Source of the DNA: a virus
Lineage: Duplodnaviria; Caudoviricetes
Direction: 5' to 3' (one strand)
DNA length: 50,591 bases
Virus record (IMG/VR): IMGVR_UViG_3300010281_000001
Span: 1 to 50,591 of that record
Positions 27,178 to 36,384 of the stretch are shown here, in pieces (the stretch's first letter is position 1; each line of letters opens with the position of its first letter). The position numbers and the translations under genes were made by a program. Under the pieces are notes generated by a model. The model did no database searches, was not told the DNA's origin, and saw nothing but the letters and a program-made list of their open reading frames with translations.

Positions 27178-30100
27178 ATGCAATATCTATCAAAAGACTT
27201 TCAACGAAAATTAGCTGACAATTTAAAAGTAGGTCATTATTCTAGACCAAGATGTATAGTTCAAGTAGATAGAATGGCTTTTATCCCAGGTAAGGTAGAG
27301 CAGATTACTATAGATGATTTCGATTTAGATACCGTAGTAGAGATTCAAAGAGAATGGATAGAAGCTGATGAAAGTGGATTATATAATGGAGAAACAGTTA
27401 TTAATACTGAAAATATTGTTTTTCCAGTACAAGGGATGTCTCTGGCTAATGCTACTGATGAGTTTGGTTCAGCAAGAAGTGGTGGTTCAAAACACCAAGG
27501 AATAGATATAGCTTTAAACACTAATGCTTTCCCTGAAAGACGTGGTGTAGGAACTCCAATTTTAGCTGCGTGGGGTGGGAGAGTTAGTACAGTAAGGACA
27601 TCAGATCTTTATAACGGATATGGTATTTATGTAGATATAGTACACCCCAATGGCTTGAGAACAAGATATGCACATTTAGATAATGCTTTAGTATCGGTTG
27701 GAGATATAGTATCTCCAGGGCAGGTAATTGGCGAAGGAGGAAATACTGGGAATGTATTTAGTAGCGGTAAACCAGTATTAGGTTCATATAGTGATCCTGA
27801 TTCCATGCGATACAAAGGGTACGGGGCTCACCTACATTTTGAGATACATGAATCTATAGATGATAAAGGAAACTATAGGACAGTAAATCCAAGACCATAT
27901 TTAGATGGCAGTAAAAAGGCTACAACTTCCGTATCTCAACAGGGGGCAGGTGTTGTAAGAGATATCCCTGTTGTAGGATATAAAAATTCTGTAAGATTAA
28001 ATGAAACATTTGTTAAAAAAGATTGGTATAAAAATAGCGTATATTCATTTAAAGATAAGTTTTTAGAATTATCTACTATAGAAAAAACTTCAATTGATGG
28101 GATTCATAACTGGAATACATTAACGTTTAAAAAGAAGTTGTTTTCTTTTGGTGTAACTACTGGAATGAATATAAAACTTAAAATGTCCAGGGAAGGTTAC
28201 TTAGATTTTGCTTTTAGATCTAATTTTTCTAAAGAAGATGGGGATGCTTTTTATATTGCTATAAATGATCCAAAGAGGCGTTCTGTTAATTTTGGTAATT
28301 TTAAAGGATTAAAAACGGTGCAAGAATTGAAGAAGGTGTATGTACCTGCTGGTGATGTAGATATAGATATAGTAATTAAATGGGGTGGAAAACCTGCTGT
28401 AGAAAATGGAAAGAAAGTAGATAAAAAATTTTCCATAGGTAAAATAAAGATAGTTGATATAACTCCTACTAAAGAGGTCATAGATACTCTTTATCCGAGT
28501 AAGGGATATAGTAATAAACAAGAAGATTTCATAAAAGCCCAGGGCGGTTTCTGGGAAGAAAAAGAAATAGTAGATTTTATATTTACTAATGACTCTCAAG
28601 TATTCGATTTATCTGTAGGTGAGTTTGTATATACGGATACTATACAATTAGATGAAATAAGTTCTTGTGATATAGTAACTTCACTAGAGCAGGATTCAGC
28701 CGAAGCAATTATTACTATACCTAATCCAGATGGGTACTACAGTCCTGAATATAATCCATATTATTTCCCTGAATTATTTAGGTCTAGCCCATTTGCATAT
28801 TTTATGGGGGGATTTCAAACTGGTACCTTATCAAATAATACTCCAATTAGAATTTATATGGGATATGGTGAAGAAGTAATTAGAGTTTTTACAGGTTTAA
28901 TAGATAAAGTTGATGTAAGAAATAGCCCTCCTACTATAACTATAACTGCTAGGGATATGTATAAAAAGATATCTGATAAAGTATTGACTGAAACAAAGCA
29001 ATATCCAGCTATAAATCTATTAGATGATTTCCCTGGGGGAACCCCTAAATCAGATAGTGATTTTGTTAATACAATAGCTCCTGGTGCTATTGAAACATAT
29101 AGAAAATATAATATACTTCCATCAATTACAATAGCTCAGGCAATACTGGAATCAGGGTGGGGGAAGAAGCGTATTGGGAATAATATCTTTGGTATAAAAG
29201 CAGGTAGCGGTTGGAATGGAAAAACAATAACTTCTGTTACTACAGAGTATAAAAATGGGAAGTGGGTTTCTGAAACTGCTGTATTTAGGGATTATGATTC
29301 GGTAGCTCAGTCTATAGAAGATCATGCTAAGCTAGTAGGGACTGCCCCAAGATATGAAGCAGTTAGAAACGCTAAGGATTATAAAGAGGCAGCTAGAGCT
29401 TTACAGGAAGCAGGGTATGCTACGGATCCAAAGTATGCAGAGAAACTAATAAATATAATAGAGCAGAATAATTTAACTGTATATGATATAGGCCAAGGCG
29501 GAGGCAGTTTTGGTACTGATCCCGAAGGAGATAAGGTAGCATGGTTAAAGTCTGCGGTTGTACAGGATTTAATAGCTCATGCAGGTATGTTTGGATGGAG
29601 AAGGCATCCTGAAGATTTACAATATCCAGATGCTATTATCGAAGAGTCTTATTTAATATCTATAGATCAGCAGAAAGGAACTTATGTAAGAGCAGTACCA
29701 GGAAAAGAGGGAGAGTTTGAAGTAGTAAGTATGGAATCAACACCTACCCCTCAAGGATGGATGAATCCTTACACAGACGAGTACGGAAGAACTTTTGAGC
29801 AGTATCAGCATAGGGTAGGGGAATGTATAAGCGAAGTTCTTAAAGATACTCATTATAGATCTTATTGCGACAGGTACGGTACCTATAGATTGGAAACCAT
29901 CAATTATAATAAACCAATAGTAGATACCTATACTTATAGGGAAAACTTAATAGCTATTGATAAGACAATAGATTTTTCAAGGGCTAGAAGTCATATCATT
30001 GTAATAGATGAGGAAGGCAATAAAGCAAGTTTCTTAGATAAGGAAATTTTAATAGAGTTAAAAAGTGAAATAAGGACTGCTTCTGTTGTAGTTCCTTGGG

Positions 30101-30354
30101 CTAAATCCTATGAGCTAAAGAAAATGGTAGCATCTAGGTTATTTGAAGATATGAAGAGGATTTGTAGGTCTATACAAGTAGTTACACCTTGTAATCCTAC
30201 ATTGGACTTATTGGATAGAATAAGAATTATTGATAAAGATTCATCCACAAACGCTGTATATACAATAAAAGGAATAAGAAGATCATATACTCCAGAATCG
30301 GGGTTATTGCAATATCTAGAGTTGTTCTGGTCCGAAAAAGGAACGGTGATTTAG
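27178..30354 (+). CDS. tail-associated lysin/hub with M23 peptidase and GH73 glucosaminidase domains
   Basis: HQGID, YAHL, HLHFE (M23); AQAILESGWG, NNIFGIK, YATDPKY (GH73); hub-like VFTGLID..ITARD segment. Confidence 0.9.
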   Translation: MQYLSKDFQRKLADNLKVGHYSRPRCIVQVDRMAFIPGKVEQITIDDFDLDTVVEIQREWIEADESGLYNGETVINTENIVFPVQGMSLANATDEFGSARSGGSKHQGIDIALNTNAFPERRGVGTPILAAWGGRVSTVRTSDLYNGYGIYVDIVHPNGLRTRYAHLDNALVSVGDIVSPGQVIGEGGNTGNVFSSGKPVLGSYSDPDSMRYKGYGAHLHFEIHESIDDKGNYRTVNPRPYLDGSKKATTSVSQQGAGVVRDIPVVGYKNSVRLNETFVKKDWYKNSVYSFKDKFLELSTIEKTSIDGIHNWNTLTFKKKLFSFGVTTGMNIKLKMSREGYLDFAFRSNFSKEDGDAFYIAINDPKRRSVNFGNFKGLKTVQELKKVYVPAGDVDIDIVIKWGGKPAVENGKKVDKKFSIGKIKIVDITPTKEVIDTLYPSKGYSNKQEDFIKAQGGFWEEKEIVDFIFTNDSQVFDLSVGEFVYTDTIQLDEISSCDIVTSLEQDSAEAIITIPNPDGYYSPEYNPYYFPELFRSSPFAYFMGGFQTGTLSNNTPIRIYMGYGEEVIRVFTGLIDKVDVRNSPPTITITARDMYKKISDKVLTETKQYPAINLLDDFPGGTPKSDSDFVNTIAPGAIETYRKYNILPSITIAQAILESGWGKKRIGNNIFGIKAGSGWNGKTITSVTTEYKNGKWVSETAVFRDYDSVAQSIEDHAKLVGTAPRYEAVRNAKDYKEAARALQEAGYATDPKYAEKLINIIEQNNLTVYDIGQGGGSFGTDPEGDKVAWLKSAVVQDLIAHAGMFGWRRHPEDLQYPDAIIEESYLISIDQQKGTYVRAVPGKEGEFEVVSMESTPTPQGWMNPYTDEYGRTFEQYQHRVGECISEVLKDTHYRSYCDRYGTYRLETINYNKPIVDTYTYRENLIAIDKTIDFSRARSHIIVIDEEGNKASFLDKEILIELKSEIRTASVVVPWAKSYELKKMVASRLFEDMKRICRSIQVVTPCNPTLDLLDRIRIIDKDSSTNAVYTIKGIRRSYTPESGLLQYLELFWSEKGTVI

Positions 30355-30753
30355 ATGATACATGGTGGAATTGTTAATGATAATATAGTTTTTCCTGTGT
30401 TGGATTTAATTAGGAGAGAGATGAAGGATTCAGGGTATGAGTTCGGTATTCCCTCAGTAGTTTTTTACAGAGATCATCCTTTAGATGATGAAATTGTTAC
30501 TGCTGCTGAACTAACTTATGAATCAGGTTTAGTAGAAGAGATAATTTTAGTGCGGGGAAGTGACGATGAAAGTACTTATCCTGAGGGATTAAAACCAAAC
30601 CATCCTGATTATGAATACTGTAAGTATTGGAGATTAACTTCAGTTATTATTTCTTATTATGATAAAGGATCAAACCCACAGCGAAGATATGAGATTTATT
30701 TAAACTACGATAAAAGAGGATTTTTAGAAAGTACTACAGTAAATAAGGTTTAA
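30355..30753 (+). CDS. hypothetical tail-region protein
   Basis: ORF abutting the tail lysin. Confidence 0.6.
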   Translation: MIHGGIVNDNIVFPVLDLIRREMKDSGYEFGIPSVVFYRDHPLDDEIVTAAELTYESGLVEEIILVRGSDDESTYPEGLKPNHPDYEYCKYWRLTSVIISYYDKGSNPQRRYEIYLNYDKRGFLESTTVNKV

Positions 30754-30766
30754 GGAGGGGGCTATA

Positions 30767-31219
30767 ATGTCTTTCAGTATAGGCTATGTAGCAGGTGGAG
30801 TTATTGATAAAGTACGGAAGTTGCCATACCCTCATTTTTCTATATTTACGGTTCCTTATATAAAAGGAAGAAGGATAAGAGCAGAAGGAGGAGGAGTGTA
30901 TACAGATACTTTTAGTTTGCCTTTTCCTACTGAATTCTTATCAGTAGCTTTCGCAGCTAGTGAGTATTGTGATGGAGACTATTGGGAGCTAACCTTAGGG
31001 GATGTAAAAATATGTGAAACTATCTATACAAAAGAACTTCCTGAAAGTGTTTCAATGGGGAATAGCTTTGGTATAGTATATCCTTTGGAAGCAAATACAG
31101 TAATAAAATTTGATTTTTATAATGTTAGTGGTACCCCTAAATCTGTCTGGTATAATATTAAATTCTTGAGAGAAGAGCAAGAAGAGGAGGGTGGAGAGGA
31201 AAATGAGTTGTCCGAGTAA
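30767..31219 (+). CDS. hypothetical tail-region protein
   Basis: SD AAGGAGG; beta-rich. Confidence 0.65.
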   Translation: MSFSIGYVAGGVIDKVRKLPYPHFSIFTVPYIKGRRIRAEGGGVYTDTFSLPFPTEFLSVAFAASEYCDGDYWELTLGDVKICETIYTKELPESVSMGNSFGIVYPLEANTVIKFDFYNVSGTPKSVWYNIKFLREEQEEEGGEENELSE

Positions 31220-33014
31220 AGTTAGTAAACCATGTGCATGGATGGAAGGAGAAACCACTGTAAAGAATTTAATAACCTCCTTGGCAAATGAAATAGTCAA
31301 TGCAAAAATTCCTTTATTGGATGGGGGAGTGGAAAGTAGTAAATGGAAAATTTTATATAAAGAAAGAGAGCATAATTATGTAACTTATACAGTAAGTACT
31401 GTTAACACATCTGGTAAATATATACATGGAGAAACTGGTTTAATTAGTACAGTTTATCAGATTCCTAAGGAACCTACTGAGTATAAAGCAAATGATGGAT
31501 ATTTTTATGAAGCAAAACCCAATACTCCCGTAGATCAATTTACTGATACCCATCCTGAGCATAGGACAGGGAAAAGAATTAGTTTTGCACCCTTTACTTA
31601 TAATGGAGAAACCGTTTATATTGAAGAAGCTTTAGTTACTCTTGTAGATATGTATCCTAATATACCCGGGACTATGTTTGAAAACAAGTGGGAAAAGTAT
31701 CAAGCTTATGTTGTAAAGCACTTTAGAATTGATTATCAAGGCAATGAAGTTGAAGATAAGAATTGGAATTACTATAAATTGGTAGCACCGTTACCAGATG
31801 ACTGGACTTATTTCCTTTATAAAGGTACTGCACTTACTGTAGGTAGATATAGGTGGTATTCTAATAATGAACCACACATATCTGATAGAACAATTACGAT
31901 AAGAAATTCTTATTCTGTACAGCATTATACATTTACTCCTTCATACCATGAGATACCAGAGAAGTTAGTTCTAGAATGTACTACTAACGATGGTAGAAAG
32001 TATAATGTTTATTTTGAAAAACCTTTAGACAGTAATAATTATATTAAAGTTCAGTATGGAGTGGAGATAGCTCACGCTAAAGAACTAGAAGGTGTTCCTG
32101 AGGAATCCTATTTATCGGCATGTGATTTAAGTACTATAGGTCCAGGTAAAACTCCTAATATTATTAATGAGCAAGAAGCTTATTGGGCATATGAAAGGCA
32201 ATTGAATGGAGTGTATAAACCAGGTGAACTAGAGCTAGGTGGAGTACAAAGTCCAATATCTTATTGGTTTTTCTCTGAGAATTCAATAAAAAGTTGGCTT
32301 AAACCAAACATGCGGGGGAAGGATTCGGTAGTAAAATACTGGATTAGTTTTAATAATGATAGAGCGCTGATTGTATTAGAAGGTGATCCTAATTTTGAAT
32401 TTGAATCTTACTATAGAAGTTTTGCTTATATAGGTAAGTTTAATACATTAAATCTGAATGATACAGTAAATAATTTTGCAGTTACAGTAGGTATGGGGGC
32501 TTTAGAGAAGGCAAAAACAGGTTTTGAATTAAAGGATATTGATAAAGAACGTAATACTGAATACGCAAAATATGGGGCATATACGTCTAATGGCATGGAT
32601 ACTGTATCTGTCTATAGAGGTATAAGTAATCTACCCTTCCAAGAATATGTCCCAGCCTTTTTAGTTCAATTGCCTAATTATCCTAATGTAGGTACTTTAC
32701 CATCAGGCATAAAGAGATTAGTTTTAGATGAAGGTCAATTTAATCCCTCTAGGTGGACAGATCATATTCATTCTAGTCCTATTTATTTAGTTAATGGTTA
32801 TGAAGGATATAGAGGTCATTTAGATGGTGTCGTTGCTATATATGACCATAATATTAGTAATGGGGATATATTGGAATATGAAGTAGATGACTATATAGAA
32901 ATATATCAGTTTTTCAGTATAAAAGTTCCTATAAGTTTTTTAGATAGATCTCCTGCACCAGGAGGATTAATGTCACTTGCTATTTTAAAAGAGATAAAGA
33001 GGAGTGATTCATAA
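31203..33014 (+). CDS. putative structural protein, paralogue of 33014-34096
   Basis: ATG 31203 after GGAGAGG; shares YIGK, G.YTS.G, PAF, SR.TD..H.SPIY.V..YEGYRG.L blocks with the next gene. Confidence 0.7.
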   Translation: MSCPSKVSKPCAWMEGETTVKNLITSLANEIVNAKIPLLDGGVESSKWKILYKEREHNYVTYTVSTVNTSGKYIHGETGLISTVYQIPKEPTEYKANDGYFYEAKPNTPVDQFTDTHPEHRTGKRISFAPFTYNGETVYIEEALVTLVDMYPNIPGTMFENKWEKYQAYVVKHFRIDYQGNEVEDKNWNYYKLVAPLPDDWTYFLYKGTALTVGRYRWYSNNEPHISDRTITIRNSYSVQHYTFTPSYHEIPEKLVLECTTNDGRKYNVYFEKPLDSNNYIKVQYGVEIAHAKELEGVPEESYLSACDLSTIGPGKTPNIINEQEAYWAYERQLNGVYKPGELELGGVQSPISYWFFSENSIKSWLKPNMRGKDSVVKYWISFNNDRALIVLEGDPNFEFESYYRSFAYIGKFNTLNLNDTVNNFAVTVGMGALEKAKTGFELKDIDKERNTEYAKYGAYTSNGMDTVSVYRGISNLPFQEYVPAFLVQLPNYPNVGTLPSGIKRLVLDEGQFNPSRWTDHIHSSPIYLVNGYEGYRGHLDGVVAIYDHNISNGDILEYEVDDYIEIYQFFSIKVPISFLDRSPAPGGLMSLAILKEIKRSDS

Positions 33015-34096
33015 TGGCATATTTTAAATTTATTAGAAGATTAGATATACCTGCGAATGAATTTTTAAATTTTCTAAGAGACGAAATAAATGGATTAGTA
33101 GAATATCCATACGATGAAATGCACCAAGAAGAACCTGTTAAGTGTGCTTGGTCGGTACACAGTGAGATAGCAGAAGGAGATAAAATCAGAGAATTAATTC
33201 TAAAGAGGGGTATACCTGAGGGAGAAACTGCAAAAGAGTTTTATGTAAGGTTAACTAATGAGGCAGTAGTTAATCCTACTAAAAATTATGCTACTCTTAC
33301 AATACAGCTTTTAGATGAATATGATCAGGATACTGATGAGTTTAAAGTCATGGGACCAGTTGTTAGATATCAGTTTGCAGATGAAAGTGTACCTAATACA
33401 GAAAGAACTGCTGAACACTCTATCCATGTCCATATGAATATAGACAATGATAGAATTGTAGCAGTAATTCAAGCGGATCCAGTTGTAAATTTTGATGATT
33501 ATAGGCCATCGCCATTATATATAGGAAAGATAGAGCCATTTGAATTTAATAAAGATGACATAGATGGTAATGTTTTATTAACTGCGGGAGCAGTAGTCCC
33601 TGAACCATCAATGGATGAGTTAAAATCAAAAGATCAATATTTTGGAATGTATACTTCCCCAGGAAATAATACTTTCCAAATGTTGAAAACAAAATCAGGT
33701 GTAAAATTTCAAAAGCATTATCCAGCGTTTATTACTCCTGCACCAAAACCAGGAAGTGCTTATATACATCCTACTTTAGGAGATACTGGATTAGAGTTAG
33801 AAAGACAAGGCTTTCAAGCTTCGAGGCATACTGACAAGTATCATTTATCCCCTATCTATGTTGTTCATCCTTATGAGGGTTATCGGGGACAGCTAAAAGA
33901 CTGTATAGCTGTTTTAAAACACAATATACTTCACTATGATAAGTTAATCGTAGATGTAGATAAGTGTAAATATCCAAATAAACCTTGGAATCAAGAAGTA
34001 TATAGATTTTTTGACATAAATGTTGAGCAGAATTTCTTCAATATGTCTCCAAATAGAGATACTGCAATAGCAATTTTAAGTGAAATAAGATACTAA
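33014..34096 (+). CDS. putative structural protein, paralogue of 31203-33014
   Basis: TAATG coupling; shared motifs as above. Confidence 0.7.
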   Translation: MAYFKFIRRLDIPANEFLNFLRDEINGLVEYPYDEMHQEEPVKCAWSVHSEIAEGDKIRELILKRGIPEGETAKEFYVRLTNEAVVNPTKNYATLTIQLLDEYDQDTDEFKVMGPVVRYQFADESVPNTERTAEHSIHVHMNIDNDRIVAVIQADPVVNFDDYRPSPLYIGKIEPFEFNKDDIDGNVLLTAGAVVPEPSMDELKSKDQYFGMYTSPGNNTFQMLKTKSGVKFQKHYPAFITPAPKPGSAYIHPTLGDTGLELERQGFQASRHTDKYHLSPIYVVHPYEGYRGQLKDCIAVLKHNILHYDKLIVDVDKCKYPNKPWNQEVYRFFDINVEQNFFNMSPNRDTAIAILSEIRY

Positions 34097-34097
34097 T

Positions 34098-34121
34098 AGA
34101 ACTACCATTTAGGTAGTTCTT
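34098..34121 (+). terminator. possible weak terminator hairpin
   Basis: AGAACTACC/GGTAGTTCT stem with a short T tail. Confidence 0.5.
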
Positions 34122-34147
34122 ATACATATTGAGGGCGGGGTGGTTAG

Positions 34148-36373
34148 ATGTATAATTTTAAAACTATAGATTATAGGTTATCCAGGCAAGAGTATATATT
34201 TAGTGTTGTTGATATATTAGGTGAAAATCAGTTTGATTTTGTTTATGTACCTTATGCTGAATTTCCAGCATTACTTATGCTAGATTATATACTTGCGACC
34301 AACCCCCGTGAATTTAATATAGATTTATTTCAATATTTTAGTGGACTTAGATCTTCTGAAAAATTTGGAGAAAAAGATATTTTAATTATTTCAAAGGATT
34401 TAGGTAATAGATATGGTACTATAAACAGATTAGGTGTATATAAAAAAGATACTTATTTAACCCAAATTCAGGAACAAAGTCTTTTAGGCAGAAAACAGAC
34501 CGCAGTTGAGGGAAAGATAGTAAGCTTAAATGCAGGTCAAATTGAACAGAGAATGGGAATTATTTTAGACAATATAGAAAGTATCAGTGAGGTAAGAGAA
34601 GTTGAATTAAAGTCAATCATTTTTTCAGAAAAAGATGAATTACTGGTTTATATATTTAATATGCAGATTCCAGCTAGTAGGTTAGACGAGAATTGGGTGG
34701 AGTTAATCAATTCAAAGAACCTACACGAAAAAGGTGCTTATGAAACAATTTTTAGCGAAGAAGTTTTAGCTAATACTCTAAATCAATTTGAGGGATTAGT
34801 CTTAGATACTACCACATTCAAGAAAGATTATGTAGACACAAGTATTGCATCTACTGGTGGAGGATTTAGGGATAATTTATTTTTAGGAAGTATGAGCGAT
34901 ATAACCTCAGGTGGAAGGTATACTTATGTTGAAGGTACTATAGATGATTATATTCTTTCAGAAATAGCTCATGAATCTAGTGTAGTAAATATCTATAGTG
35001 GTACTAGATATCACGAGTGGGGAGGGAATATAGACAGTACGATTTTATCGCACTATACAAAACGAGAAATAGAGTTAATTTATAGTATTTCTTCTAGTCT
35101 AGAGTTAAATGGTGACGTTTTAACATTAGATCAAATACAGATAAATAGAGATTCTGAGAGTAAGGTAATTATAGAAAATGGTATAGACGGTACGACAGAG
35201 AGTAGCAGACTTGGGGATATATTAGTTACGGAAGATTTTTCACATATAAATGAAAAAGAAGGAGTCCTTGAATTTTTAGTAAGTTTTTATAAACCTAAAT
35301 TAAAACTTATTAAATCTTGGTTAGATGAATTTGAGAAAGATAACAGGAAGGATTTAGTTATTAATTTTCCTATAGAGGACATGGTGAGAGATAAAAGAAA
35401 AGACTTAGAAAAATTCTTTATAAATATAGTAGATAGGGATAAAATTAGGGATTTAGAAAAATTTTTTGTGGATATTGTGGATAGATCTAAACAGAAAGAT
35501 TTAGAGAAGTTTTTTATAGATATTGCAGAAAGATATAAATTAAAGAATTTGGATATTGATGATGATTTAGAAGAAGGGTTTATAAAAAGAGTTCATAGAT
35601 TGGATAAAGATGATAGCGATATACAGGGAACTGTACCAAACGTTAAACATTTAGATACTAGTCCTGCTTTAATAGATAGTTCAAGATATAAGTTAAAATC
35701 CATATTAAAATCTGATTTAGAGAAGTATGATTACGAGAAAGAAGCATTTATTGATTATGTTAAGTATTTTGAAAAATGTAAAGATGCTATAGTATCAGAA
35801 CAGATTAGCGGTAAAGGGTTGTTATATGATTATTCTGATATTATTGAAGATGGTATGGATGTAGAAGAATGGGATACAGGATATGCAATTCCAGAGGATT
35901 ATGATCCTCAGGATCCGTTTAATCCTTACTATCCTTGGGCAGAAGAACGAAATAATTATAGTATTGTTCAAGAGGAGGAATGGGAGGAAACCCAAGGGAA
36001 CTGGGAATTTGATAATGGAAATGCTGTAATAGGTGCCAGAGAAGGCGGCGGGATGTTGATTACAAAGATACCCTATGGGGATTTCAAATTTAAGTTTAAA
36101 ACACAGGTAGGATATATGCCAGAATGTAGAACTGGATTTATTTTCAGGTATGATGATGTAGCTAATTATTACAAAGTCACTATAAGTTCAGGAAATAATC
36201 CAATTGAATTAATTCAAGTAATAAATGGAAGGGCAAGAAAAGTAGCGTCACCTATAGCACCTTTTTATTTAGATGGTGGGAGTTGGCATGAGTTAGATAT
36301 ATCTCTTATAAATGATAGATTGACAATTTACTTAGATGGTAGATTGCAGTATGACTTGATTTTGGAGAGTTAA
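34148..36373 (+). CDS. tail-region protein with 16-aa repeats and a C-terminal ConA/LamG-like domain
   Basis: KDLEKFF.DIVDR repeats; C-terminal GFIFRY.D..NYY.V..WHEL.I....DRLTIYLDG. Confidence 0.7.
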   Translation: MYNFKTIDYRLSRQEYIFSVVDILGENQFDFVYVPYAEFPALLMLDYILATNPREFNIDLFQYFSGLRSSEKFGEKDILIISKDLGNRYGTINRLGVYKKDTYLTQIQEQSLLGRKQTAVEGKIVSLNAGQIEQRMGIILDNIESISEVREVELKSIIFSEKDELLVYIFNMQIPASRLDENWVELINSKNLHEKGAYETIFSEEVLANTLNQFEGLVLDTTTFKKDYVDTSIASTGGGFRDNLFLGSMSDITSGGRYTYVEGTIDDYILSEIAHESSVVNIYSGTRYHEWGGNIDSTILSHYTKREIELIYSISSSLELNGDVLTLDQIQINRDSESKVIIENGIDGTTESSRLGDILVTEDFSHINEKEGVLEFLVSFYKPKLKLIKSWLDEFEKDNRKDLVINFPIEDMVRDKRKDLEKFFINIVDRDKIRDLEKFFVDIVDRSKQKDLEKFFIDIAERYKLKNLDIDDDLEEGFIKRVHRLDKDDSDIQGTVPNVKHLDTSPALIDSSRYKLKSILKSDLEKYDYEKEAFIDYVKYFEKCKDAIVSEQISGKGLLYDYSDIIEDGMDVEEWDTGYAIPEDYDPQDPFNPYYPWAEERNNYSIVQEEEWEETQGNWEFDNGNAVIGAREGGGMLITKIPYGDFKFKFKTQVGYMPECRTGFIFRYDDVANYYKVTISSGNNPIELIQVINGRARKVASPIAPFYLDGGSWHELDISLINDRLTIYLDGRLQYDLILES

Positions 36374-36384
36374 GAGGTGGTTAA

